Origin: Utricularia gibba
Lineage: Eukaryota; Plantae; Magnoliophyta
Direction: 5' to 3'
DNA: 64,000 nucleotides
Assembly (NCBI GenBank): GCA_002189035.1
Contig: NEEC01000026.1
Coordinates: forward strand, 558,001 to 622,000
Position 1 is the first letter of the stretch. Each line of letters begins with the position of its first letter. Below are positions 51,649 through 64,000 of the stretch, in pieces. Both the position numbers and the translations under genes were made by a program. The notes beneath the pieces were generated by a model. The model was given only the letters and a program-made list of their open reading frames with translations, did no database searches and was not told the origin of the DNA.

Positions 51649-54082
51649 GGGACGTTAGCTATAGAGACCAACCCAAATAGGAAATCATATAAATATTCGT
51701 TGATATCTATGGCATTGTTATCACGAGGATGAAAATATGCAATTTGTTCACTATAAGATAAAGTGAACATGGCAATAAGAAGGTTAATATACAACCTACG
51801 TTTGTAAAATAGGACTCATTAGATTGATGAATCCCTTATTCGTGAGTATTCTATAAATAGCGTATTTCAAGTGTTGTAGTTAGGATACTATGGAAAGCTA
51901 ACCAAGTGTTAGTAGCAACATTTCAAATATGATAGCCATGCAAATAAGCTTAGACTTGAGGTCAACAAAGTTATCTTGATCTTAAGTTTGCATTTTCGCT
52001 CATTACTAATGACAATCGAAGTATTTGAGTAGGTCATTGAGTGTTAGTGTTTAAATGCAATTATAAGTTTGATACATCAGAAAGACACACACTCATATTC
52101 TAATATCAAATAAGATATAAGTATGATGAAAATTGTTCATTGCATTTTGGCTGGCCATAGAAAGACTCATCAATTCACCTTATTATTGTTACATCATGGG
52201 AATCATGATATGTTGTTAGAGATCACTCATGATCGATAATGATGGATTTGATTAATTAAGAATTAATTAATGAAATCCATTATTACGGCATTGATTGATA
52301 CAATTACATGAATTGAAATCCATTATTACGGCATTGAAATCCTATAGGGTCACACACAATCGTGGAGCCACTCATCGATACAAAATATAATGATACAATT
52401 ACATGAAATATAATTGGTAATGTATATAAATTAAATATAGAGTTATTTTAAGATTAATATTGATTAAACTCAAAATAAAAGATTTGATATATATAAGATT
52501 TGGAACATATATATATCTTCACAAGATAAGATCTTTACGAAAATTTGATTAGATATGTTACCAAATATCTATCAAAAAGATTCGATCTGCAGATATTTTG
52601 ATATCTTTGTTCTCTTTAAAATTGATCCGCAAGGGAGCGATTTTTTCTACTAGCACCTGAGGAGATGGACCATCATTATGCTGCCTTGAGAAGGTTATCG
52701 ACGGAGTGCTTCACGTGTGGATATCTGATAACACATATTTTTGAGTGTTTAGGAGTAGAAAAATGTCTAATATTTTGTCACAAAACTCAAGTTCTAGCAT
52801 GAATTTCTATGCTTTTGCAACTAGTACTGCAATCGCATGTTTTATTCCTAGTTAGGACTAAATCATGATTTAGTCCAACCTTAGTTTTAATTGTTTCCTA
52901 GAGCAATGCAGCAATTGTCGGCCAATTCAATTTCCTAGAAGCCAAAAAGAGCACAGTGAAATTATAAAGTATATGGACAAAAAACTAAAGAAAGTACAAT
53001 CAAATATTAAGGAAGAGAAGAAAATGATTTTGAAAATAATGAGGAAATAGAAAATATCTTCCCATTGAAGAACACGAAAAACAGTGGTGGGAGGGGAGAT
53101 TTGGAAGGAGAGAGTAGCACAACCATGGAGGACGAAGAAGATGAAATCATGATCCAAGCTCTACTTTGATGATTTTCTTCCGTTCTTGAAAAATACTATT
53201 CCTAACTTAGAATAGTTTTAGCTTTACTACATGACCCATTTGCCTTTTCTATTTCTATTATGTACTGCTTGCTGTTGTTTAATTTTGAGACCAGAATGTT
53301 GCTTGTGATATGTTATGAAAACGTTTTTCTTTTCTTTATCATGAGTGGCTAAATACTTAGAGGAGTGCCTTAGGGTCAAAGGGATGTAATGTACTAATCA
53401 ATCATTTGACCTTGTTAATTATAGATCATACCACTTCCTTATCAAATCAAGATAGATTCAGTAGAGGGAAGTAATGATATTCCTCTTAACAACCCTAATT
53501 AGAGGTAGAGCAAAGATTAAAAAAAACAAGGGTTTGGATAGATCTAGACTTTTGCTTGTTAGATGTATGATTTATGGTGTATGTGAGGTTATTTTAATGA
53601 TAAGCATACAAGCTCTAGGAGTCTCAAGGCGCCACCAATTTCATCTTCGAAACAACCGAGTTCAAAAGTTTGTTACTTTTATTTATCGTATTCTATCGTA
53701 GTTCTGTCTTAGTCCTAATTAAAACCAAATTTATCAACGTGACATTGATTACATGCATTGATAATCACATGACAAGCACCTGCTCTTCATGTTCAACCCT
53801 AATCATTATGCTCATAATTGTATCATGCTTGAATGTATGTTAGATTATAAATTTATGTGATAGGAAAATTTGCAATTTAATGACATTACATATTTTTTGT
53901 TTATCAATATCATAGAGGCCATCTATTGTTGGCGGTTGGTGAACAATGGAGTGCACTGAAAGGTATTCTCACAATCTCCATATCTGATGTATATCGTATT
54001 CCAAGATCTGTGGTTTGGGTTTCTCAAAAAGTTTTAAATTCCGTTGCTTTTCTGACATAAGATGTTTACGAGAAACCTAACA
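51649..54082 (+). mobile_element. Angela-like copia LTR remnant with degenerate PBS, interrupted by a solo LTR
   Basis: 52645-52720 and 53912-54082 match the copia LTR tail at 18330-18579. It ends ...gagaaacctaaCA followed by TGCTATCAG (PBS-like). The 5' boundary is not determined. Confidence 0.7.
52726..53906 (+). mobile_element. Solo LTR (1181 bp), Athila-like, nested in the copia LTR
   Basis: TGATAAC...TTTATCA termini and perfect TSD ATATC (52721-52725, 53907-53911). Removing it restores gtgtggata..catagaggcc as seen at ~18400-18420. Confidence 0.92.
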
Positions 54083-54877
54083 ATGCTATCAGTACTTTCT
54101 TCAAGGTATCGAAGACGAGAGGCTTCTACCAATTTTATGTACAAATGACCCCAATGTCTATGTAATTCACCTCGGGTAACTAAAAATGAAGTATTCACAT
54201 ATATACAATAATTATTTCTAATTCTTACGATAGTGATACATACCTAACAAAATATGATGCATGAAGCGTATGTACCGAAGAAGTGTTTCATCATTAGCTA
54301 TGGATTGTGCCTATAACTTCCATCGCATAAATTCTATAAAGCACATTTATAGAAAAATGGAAACTAAAGGTAATACATACCAACCTTGACAATCATGCAG
54401 TGACATCAAAATAGATAAAATATAATTACAGAAATCTTGAAAGGATACCCAATAAACACTACATCGACAAAATTAATCAGAAAGGATTATATAAGTTACA
54501 ATGAAAATTAAATGACTCCCAAGCAATCCCATTATCTATCCACCCTAAGACTTGCTATCTCTATCATGAATGACATGGGCAAACAAGTCATTCACAGCTA
54601 AAACAAGTAACTTTATCACCCATTGCATGGGTTGGGGAGCACAAGTAGCAAACTTATCTCTTTACTCGTAGCTCTCTTTGGTCTACGATTAACAGAACAT
54701 CTGATAGGCTTTATCAAGTTTCATATACTTCTTCATCAACTTCTTGATCGTATGCCTCCAAATCCCATTGTAGTCACTGGATATCAAATTAAAAAGAATC
54801 AATCTTTGGTGACATATTGTTGGATGGCTCCAAGTCACCCAAATCAATGAACCTGATGATAACATCGAGGATCATGA

Positions 54878-55148
54878 ATGTATTAAAGGCACACCCTCAT
54901 AAGCTTATATTTACAATTTGAATCATCAACAAATCATTTAAAATTTGAACTCAAATATAAATAACACATAAAATCACATATCCTCATAATAAGTGTTCAT
55001 CATAGATATCATGTATTAAAGGCACACCCCTCATAAGCTTATACCTACAATTTGAATCATCAACAAATCATTTAAAATTTGAACTCAAATATGAATAACA
55101 CATAAAATCACATATCCTCATAATAAGTGTTCATCATAGATATCATGT
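54878..55148. repeat. Tandem duplication, ~133 bp x2
   Basis: atgtattaaaggcacaccc...catagatatc at 54878 and 55011, nearly identical. Confidence 0.9.
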
Positions 55149-56705
55149 CCACCATATAACCCTTAGATACTAAATTGATAACAATAAATCATGGGTCTCT
55201 CTGTTATATACACTCATACCTATGAGACAACATATGAAAGTAACCCAAATATACATTAAAATTAAAATAGACCCACCCCTATTATATGTATTCACGCTCA
55301 TATAAGATTTTTCATCCCCACCCACCTTACAAACACCATAACCCATGCCTATATGCTACTTTCCAAAATTGTTATACAAGAACAATTTATGTCATAACCC
55401 ACACCCATATAATACTTTTTTATGCTCAACTCACCATTCATACATAGATTATGCCATAACCCACACATGTATACTACATTTTGAAATTGCTATATGGGCG
55501 GAGGTTATAGTATAATTCATGCCTGTAACAATTTTTATGAAGTTTTGGTATCATACCCTCTAACATACTATTGTGGGTTATGACATAACTTATACTCATG
55601 TGTCATTAGTAAAGGCTATATACAATAACCCATGCCCCTATGCCATTTTTTAGTATGCAATTTTTTTAAAATTTAAAAATAATAGCCTTAATTTAAGTTC
55701 AAATATATCATATTATTATTTGTGTAACTAATATTAGGAGGAAAAATTAAAAAGAAAAAAAATAATTATAAATATAGTTATTTGTATTACATTTTATTCT
55801 AGTTTCTACTAAATGTATATTTTTTTCGTTTATAATTTTTTTTAAAAAAATACAAGTTTAAACAAATAAAAAAAACTTATATTTTACTCACAAATACAAT
55901 TCTCACCACAAAAATACATCTAACTGAGAATACTAATTAAAAAGAGAACTATTTGCCCAATGTTTGTCAAATCAAACTTTTTACAAATAAGAAATTTGCA
56001 TAGGATTGTTTTACTAATTAAACCCACTACAATACTCCTGCCGTTAACCTAAATATTGTGGACGGTTGAATTATTCCATCATGACCAATCATTGTATGTA
56101 GTGCTTCATCGATTCTTCATAAATTTGGTATGATTTATTCAATAATGCTACTGTTAAAATTTAAAAAATAATAGAAAGTATAATATAGTTTAAATTATTA
56201 ATTTAATCTATATTTATACATAAAAATACATATAGTATTAAAATTATCAAAATATTAAAAATCCTAATTAAAACATATAATTTCATATTCTTAAACTACC
56301 TCCAAAAAATATGTCATCACATGTTCTCCCAATTGATATTTGATGGAATTTTCGTTTTTAGCTAACTACTATGCTCTTGCCTTATATGAAGACAGCGGAT
56401 ATTCCATCAGCGTTTTAAAAACTGCATTCATACCCATCATCTTACATTATTTGCATTATAAAATATTCACTATAAATTTGGTTTTCTCCCAATATTTTTC
56501 TTTCTTTTACTATTTGTGACCCCCCACCAGCATACATTAGAAAAAAGAACGTCAACACAGAATGACCGACGTCTATTAAAATTTGCATTATTCTAATACC
56601 CTCGAGGGGCGCACATGCGTACAAAAAAAATTTGCAATAAGGAGCGGAGTGCAGTTGAGAGAACACCTTGTGCACAAAAAACACTGCTTCGGCGCCTATC
56701 CGTCT

Positions 56706-59244
56706 ATGTCTCCTTTTCAGTTGTCGAGAATGGCCTTCGAAAAATGCTTACCGTCCTGGCGTTCGCCAGCACCTTCGCTAGCTCCTCCTTATTTGTCCTC
56801 TATCCCTACAGCCTCGCGGAGCCATTCTTTCATCATCCGCATGTCATCATCATCTTCTTCTTCTCCCACACGGGTTTCCGTCACCGGCAACGATGCGCTT
56901 TTGCAGTATGTCGGCTGGTCTCCTACTGTAAGTCATGTACCTCTCTCTAATCGCTTCTCTTCTTAAAAAAAGAGACTTGATATGTTTTCCGTTGTTCAGG
57001 TGTTTCCCCTTGAGAAGGACGTGAATACAGAAAGGAGAGATTACTTGTTGGAGAAAACTGCAAAGAAGCTGCGAACCAACAAGGAATCAGTTGAGAAGCT
57101 TCAAATGATTGACACCATCCAACGACTGGGTGTCGGATACTATCTCGAGGATGATATCAACGCTGCGTTGAGAGCTGAATTATCACATGGCTTCTGTGGG
57201 GCCGATAATCTGTTCACTACAGCTCTACGCTTCCGCCTACTCCGTCACAATGGATTTCAAGTGAAATCTGGTGATATTTATGCTATCTGTTTCTTCATTT
57301 GTCGACATGAATATGAACCCAGGGTATTCATGTTCTCTTAACAGATGTATTCGACAACTTCACTGATGGAAACGGTAAACTCCCGCAGTCTATGGCTGGG
57401 GACGTTATGGGTCTGCTAAGCTTGTACGAGGCATCGTACACGGGTGCTCATGGGGAAACTTTACTAGATGAAGCTAGAGGATTCACCAGAGCCAATCTCC
57501 AACGGAAGCTTCCAGAGCTCCCGCTGCTACTTCAGGAGGAAGTGGCTCAAGCATTGGAGGTTCCTAGGCATCTGAGGATGGCGCGGCTTGAGGCGCGACT
57601 GTTCATTGAGCGATACTCGAAACAAGAGGATCGTGATGACCAACTTTTGGAACTGGCGAAACTGGACTACGATAGGGTCCAAGTTCAACACCAGACTGAA
57701 CTCGCTGAAATCACAAGGTGAACGAATGTTTTTATTTATCACAAGGCTATGAAAAAGGTCTCACCTTTCAATACTCACGATATAAAGATTTGCATCAGTC
57801 AAAAATTGCCTTCTAAAGTCCTGCAGAAGTTGCGTAGCCACTCTATTAAATGGAAGAACTAGATTTCATTTGGTTCAAAAAGTCCAGGTTATTTAATTTT
57901 TGCAAGTTAGCTGAACTAGTGGAAATTGATACTAGCGTGTGTTTTCTTTTTTCCGTAAAACCGATTATAAATGTTAGATAAACAGCATATTCATATCCCA
58001 AAAGAAATAGGTTATATTTATGGAAAAAAGGTGCTGCCTACTCTTGATACCCACAGCACACAAATTTATGCTTCTACTAAGATTTCTTTTCTCGTCGTGG
58101 ATATTTCTGCATGTGAAGGTGGTGGAAACAACTTGGGCTGGTTGAGAAACTGCCCTTTGCAAGGGACAGACCGTTGGAGTGTTTTCTGTGGACAGTCGGG
58201 CTTCTGCCAGAGCCCAAGTACTCTCGATGTCGAATAGAATTGGCTAAAACAATAGCCATTCTTTTGGTGATTGACGACATATTTGACACCTACGGCAAAG
58301 TGGAAGAACTAGTCCTTTTCACGGATGCAATCACAAGGTAAAACTGATATCGAACTTCTGTTTCTTTTTAATTTATTTTAATTGCTTATGATAGATTGAA
58401 AGTATACTCGCACAGGTGGGATTTGAAAGCCATTGAGGGGCTACCCGAGTACATGAAGATATGTTACATGGCACTCTACAACACCACCAATGAAATATGC
58501 TACATTGTTCTCAAGGAAAATGGATGGAGCGTCCTCCCGTACCTCAAATCCTCTGTACGTGTCCCTAATATGTGCATACGTATTGCGGTTGCAGGTTGCA
58601 ACGTAACATTAACGAGTGGGATGTGCGGTGCAGTGGGTGGACATGATAGAGGGATTCATGGCGGAGGTGAAGTGGTTCAACGGCGGGAAGCGGCCGACCC
58701 TGGAGGAGTACATTGAAAATGGTGTGTCGACTGCAGGGGCCTACATGGCTTTGGTGCATCTCTTCTTTCTAATCGGTGAAGGCGTTACCGACCACAACGG
58801 CAGTTTGCTATTCAAGCCGTACCCGAAACTTTTCTCTGCAGCAGGCCGGATTCTCCGACTATGGGACGACCTTGGCACTGCCAAGGTATCTGAATCTCAT
58901 CATCAGTGACTTACCAAAGAAAACCCTGAGTAATAAAATCGATTCTATACGCAGGAGGAGCAAGAGCGTGGGGATCTTTCGTCCAGCATCGGTCTGGTAA
59001 TGGTGGAGGAGAATCTGCTGACGGAGGAGGAGGGGACAAATCGCATTTTGGAAAAGATTGAGGATCTGTGGAGGGATCTAAACGGAGAGATGCTAACGGA
59101 TCCGACAAAAGGATGCCCCTGTCGATAGTTAAAGTGGCACTCAATATGGCGAGAGCTTCACGAGTAGTGTACAAGCACGAGGACGCCTCCTATTTCTCCA
59201 GCGTCGACAACTATGTCAAGGATCTCTTTTTCACTAAATTCTAA
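56706..59244 (+). CDS. GES: Terpene synthase, TPS-g subfamily, geraniol-synthase-like; 7 exons; apparent 1-bp frameshift in the last exon
   Basis: Exons 56706-56927, 57000-57270, 57345-57717, 58119-58337, 58416-58554, 58634-58885 and 58955-59244. Ser-rich transit-peptide-like N-terminus, no RRX8W, DDIFD motif, [39 protein letters not shown] and [10 protein letters not shown] follow known geraniol synthases. Product specificity is inferred only. Confidence 0.88.
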
Positions 59245-59261
59245 ATAAAAAGGACGATTTA

Positions 59262-59820
59262 TGACAACCCATATACTTTTAATCTAATTGTACGTCGTTC
59301 TTGTTGCCAAGCCATAAACCTCTTGAAAGCTAAATCAACTCTTAGGGAAAGCAATGCACCCCTTGACAAGATCAAGGCGGATACGAAAAACATGTGAGTG
59401 AAAGATCCAGATCCTAGGCTGAGCCAAAAAGGATACACGCCCAAGAAGGATAAGGTGTGCCTTAGAAGGAAGTATCAATAACCAAAAAGGGGCCTACCAT
59501 GAATAGAATAATGATAACTTCACAACGTATAGAAGACCCCCTTCTCCTCTAGTGTCGAGGAGTTTTTGCTTTCTGGAATTCTAAGCCCTTGTTGGCAGTA
59601 CCATAGCTTCAAGAAAGAAGCATCAACTTCTTTCCAAGTCCAAGGGGGATTTGGCGAAAATTGTGGCTTATCCTTACAATCAACGCCCTTTCACTCATTC
59701 TCAAAACCTTGAACTTAACAATCTGGTATTAGAGCGTATGGATGAACTCAAGGAAATGCTGATCAACATGATGGCTGATTTAAAAAGGGATATATCAAGT
59801 CTGCTGCGATCAGTAACTTA
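59262..59820 (+). mobile_element. LTR-retrotransposon 5' remnant (LTR + PBS + gag-like start)
   Basis: ...gaacttaaCA at 59720, followed by TGGTATTAGAGC (PBS-like, 59724-59735) and a short MDELKEML... reading frame. The LTR start is uncertain. Confidence 0.55.
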
Positions 59821-60301
59821 AAAAAAAAAAACTATTGAGAATAAAAATCTACAAAACATGTTCTCTTGAAATAAGCTTGTAAATTTGTAACGAGGATCAA
59901 ATTTGAGCATGTGAAAAACAAATAGAGCTGTATTATGTAACATTCATCATCCATCAATTAGCTCAGTGGTTTCAGGTGGTGTCCTGCAACGATCAGGACA
60001 AACACAATTATACGGTCACTCTTTAAACAAGCCGGATGTAACTTCTACCTTTTAAAACACTTGCACTGATCCCATACTTTCACTGCTGTAAGCTTCAACA
60101 AACCACTACAAACAAATGAATACACAAATGCAGCGTTTACATCGGTATATTGAGCAAAAAAGAACATTTTTCCGACCGCAGCTTCAAAAATTGTACAATA
60201 TACATTTTATTCAACCCCTAAGGTATGTGTCATGTAATGAAAAAACTCTATTAACTAGGAAGATTTACAACCTGAGAATATGGAAAGAGAACTTTCCATA
60301 A

Positions 60302-61764
60302 TCATGGTAGAGCTTCCTGTATTAACAACGGATGCATCAAGGAATCCTGTGGCTGACACGAATTCTGAGACTGCTGCTCTTGGCGTGGTGACTTACGAAC
60401 CTCTTGGGCCTTGGTTGATTCCATATCTTTTTGAGGGTGCGCAGGAGCACCTTGCCAAATCCATACTATATCTTGAAGGCGAGGTCTAATCCCATCAAAA
60501 AATGTTTTCTGATATTCCAGGGTATCTCCACCAGTTTTTTTCATTTCCAACAAATGGCAAGCAGGAGTGAGCTCGAAGATCTCAGCATCAATGGTCAGAA
60601 CCCCCTTTCTACCTTCCTTGGTTCCCTCAAACTTGAAAAGTCCTGCATCTCGTTTACTCATCCTGAGTTTCAAATTTTTGGCAATATCTTCTAGCTTGGA
60701 GATGATTAAAGAAGCAGGCCTCCAAGAAATGAATCTGGCTTCTTTATCTGGACAAGGCTCCTCAAATAATCTTGACAGATCAAATCCAGCTGACAGGGAA
60801 ATGAGGTCAAATGCGTTCATCTTTGAGAAGCTGGGCCCATCTTTTTTGTCTTCAGTAGATGTACTACCATTTTCATAGGGCATAGATGATGATGCATTTC
60901 TGCCTCCTGTACTAGTTGTACTGTTTTCAGGGTCATCGACTAATGCCTTCGAGGGAAGCCCTTTCTTGAACCAGGGGTTTTCCTTAATTCTTGCAATTGA
61001 GATTCTGGTATTGGGTTTGGATCGAGCATTCTTGAAAGTAATTTCTTTACTTCAGGTGGAAACCAATTTGGACATTTGAATTCAGCCTTCCCTATCTTCC
61101 TGTACATCTCCATTAAATTCGAGTCATGGAATGGGAGATAACCAGAAAGCAAGACAAAGAGAATCACTCCACAAGACCAGATATCAGCTTTGGCACCATC
61201 ATACCCTTTTCTGTTTATAACTTCCGGGGCAACATATGCAGGTGTACCGCACGTGGTGTGAAGGAGACCGTCTTGGCGCTTTGACTCAGCCAGTGCACTC
61301 AAACCAAAATCGGAAACCTTAAGATTTTCATTGTCATCTAACAGTATATTTTCAGGTTTTAGATCCCGGTGGTAGACATGTCGGCTATGGCAATAATCAA
61401 CAGCATAAATCAATTGTTGAAAATACTTTCGAGCAACATCTTCCTTCAGCCTGCCGGTTGCCACCTTGTTGAAGAGCTCACCTCCTTTAGCATATTCCAT
61501 CACAAAATAAATCTTGGTTTTAGTGGCCATAACTTCATAGAGATGGATGATATAAGGATGCCTTACCAGTCTCATAATCAATATCTCCCTCTTTATTTGA
61601 TCTACGATTCCCACTTTCATAATCTTTTCCTTGTCTATGACTTTAATGGCAACACTCTGTCCGGTTTGAACACTCCTTGCATGAAAGACTTTCGCAAATG
61701 TACCTTGACCTAACAGCCTACCTATTTCGTACTTTTGCAATAGCACATTGCTCTTAGAATCCAT
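60302..61764 (-). CDS. CIPK: CBL-interacting protein kinase (SnRK3, intronless CIPK2/10/15-like clade), apparent 1-bp frameshift at ~61014
   Basis: Kinase motifs [23 protein letters not shown] and [13 protein letters not shown] second frame holds the NAF domain ([20 protein letters not shown]) and C-terminal domain. Likely 5' UTR intron up to ~62753. Confidence 0.94.
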
Positions 61765-63529
61765 AACAAAGTTGAAATCCCTGAATGTCAAGAAACCAGA
61801 AGTCTCTGTTATCCTATGGAAATGATTCCAGGGAACAACAGCTCGAAAGACTTATATGCAGCAATTTTATATGAGCAACACCTCCCCACAACCAGGAAGA
61901 GATATTATTTAGGATCAAGGTTCCTGGATCCTCTTTCAAGGGCAAGGAAAATGTAGATTCATCTGGTGAGAGATCATCAAACTCCAGTATATGTCCTGGA
62001 AGGAATGCAGTAAATACCCAAGTCTATTTACCATAAAAATTGAGTCCAAGTAAATCACATCAAAGGATAGACTGCATACACAAAAAATAGAGATGTTTCC
62101 AAAGTTCTAAGTTCAAGCAACGAATACAAGACAAATATCATTCACAAAATAGAAGCCCTTAGTTATAGAACGTATGTATTACTACAATTTCGTGTTCGGC
62201 TGAGATCAGTAAAGTAAAAAGTGAACTGGCATAAAACAGAAACTAAGTAACCCCAAAAGGAAAGCACCGGATAAACTATTCACTATTAAACAGTTTCTGA
62301 ATTACGAACTTTTTGAACATGCAACCAGAAAAAAGATGATCCTTTAATATATATTAGTGTTCCGATTTTATTTTTCACTATGGAAAAGCCCATCCATTTC
62401 TTATCTAAGTTTGTGATTTCGCTCTTTTTCTGGGCGCCAACATCATCAACAACAACAACAGTACAGCTCCAATTTTCAGCCACGGCATACAACAACACTA
62501 AATACAATCATCGACTAGGAAAACAAACATTGAGTTCGAGGTTCACCATTCTAGAATCACATTTTAAATTTTAGAATTGTCACTAATTAGAAAGACTGCC
62601 TTAAAACGATGCGCACAACAATATCAAGATCACATAATTAAAAAAATGTAAACCTTGAATTTTAGTTTTTATCCACGACCATCTCTCAAGGAGCAAAATC
62701 TGAAAAATAGGGAATACAGACAGATGACCCAGGGGAATCGAGAATTAACTACCTTTTTGTTTTGCTTAGATATAACAGCAGACAGTAGGGCAATACTCGA
62801 GCCGGCAGGCAATAAAGAAGATCGGAGAAGGGGTGAAATGAAGTCGGAGCTTGTCCAACTTTCAGAAGACTAAGGACGCGGAATTAGGAACACATGCTGC
62901 GATGGTGAGGTGAGCCGGGTCTCTCTATAGTAAAACAAGGCAAGCCGACACAGCTAAATTTAGTCGTCACTCCGTGCCCATAGTAGTACAGTACTCAAGA
63001 TACGATGCCACACCAACGAATTCCTCGATCAATTGCCCGATTACGTCACACCAAGGCGGGGCCGTAAATCCCCGAGTTTTTACCAAATACAAAAAATCCA
63101 GTTCCAAAATCAACCATTGTATGCCTTTCATTTCTATCAAAACCATCCATTTTATCGATTTTTTTTTCATTTTTGAATTTCTTTTTTACAAAAAATAGAA
63201 ATATATTACATTTGTTTTATAAATATTGTAATAAATATTATTAAAATATTTGTTTAGAATTTAAAAATTATATTAAATAAAAAATTAAATCAATTATTAT
63301 TTTTCAAATATAACACGAAAAATAAAATTAAATTTTTCATAATTTATATTTTTATTTAATTATTATATATTCAAAAATATATACAATTAAATAATAAAAA
63401 ATAAATAATTTAAAAAAAATGAAAAATCAAACTATATTATATATTCTTTACAAATAATAAACTAAATTAAAAACCAACAATATCTTTTCATTTAACTTTC
63501 TCATTTTAATATTTTTTATTTATGTTAAT

Positions 63530-63990
63530 CATTACAATTCGTTATTACAATTATCAGAAATAAAAAAATATAAAAAAAACAACAATTACATATTTCTATC
63601 GATCACTACAATTCACCAATTACAGTTATTAGAAATGAAACTAATATAAAGAAAACGATAATTGTCTATTTCTATCGATCACTGTAATCATCAATTATAA
63701 TTACCACAAATAAAAGTAATATAAGAAAAACTATAATCGTCTATTTTTGTCGATCACTATAATTCATCAATTACAGTGAATAGAAAACATGGTGATAGTA
63801 GTATGTTAAGCAAAAGTGTTCCGAACAAGCATAAAAGAGAAAATAAAAATTACTCGAGTAATAGTTTGTACCTCTAAATTTTATGGTCACCGTAATTACT
63901 AATTACAGTTATCAGAATTGAAAGTAATATAAGGAAATGATAACCTGTTTCTACGGATCACCGTAAGCATCAATTACAGTTACTAGAGAA
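63530..63990. repeat. Degenerate ~76-bp tandem repeats in AT-rich sequence
   Basis: The motif tttctatcgatcact...caattacagtt recurs at ~63594, 63670, 63747 and 63949. Confidence 0.7.
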
Positions 63991-64000
63991 AATGTTTATA

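Noticed and set aside
55150-55960. Mutator-like element ending ...AACTATTTGCCC
   Set aside because: Repeated CATAACCC motifs are suggestive, but no matching second TIR or 9-bp TSD could be established.
10619-59244. Terpenoid biosynthetic gene cluster (SMO2 + GES)
   Set aside because: The genes are ~44 kb apart, act in unrelated branches (sterol versus monoterpene), and are separated by housekeeping genes. No P450, reductase or transferase neighbours were seen.

Overview
Plant (angiosperm) nuclear DNA with eight host genes set among abundant, mostly decayed transposons. Host genes: sterol 4-alpha-methyl oxidase SMO2 (+), fasciclin-like FLA4/SOS5 (+), an ankyrin + tandem-CCCH zinc-finger gene (+), MCM-binding protein MCMBP/ETG1 (-, with E2F sites and a probable U12 intron), an uncharacterised CxxC..HxxC protein (-, GC-AG intron), Mn-SOD (-, last exon partly deleted), a TPS-g geraniol-synthase-like gene (+) and a CIPK (-). 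Transposons: the 3' half of a Tat-clade Ty3/gypsy element with a spliced antisense gene, a non-autonomous hAT with 8-bp TSD, a deleted Angela-like copia, several solo LTRs with TSDs, a MULE relic, and a complete-ended 6.4-kb PIF/Harbinger element. The most striking item is that this Harbinger carries, between its transposase and Myb ORFs, a decayed gene for an FCP1/NIF (HAD-type CTD-phosphatase-like) domain that appears to retain an intron, plus other unassigned ORF relics. Four otherwise intact genes each need exactly one extra base in a short homopolymer, which suggests assembly indel errors rather than real pseudogenes. All family assignments come from motif recognition by eye; no searches were run.
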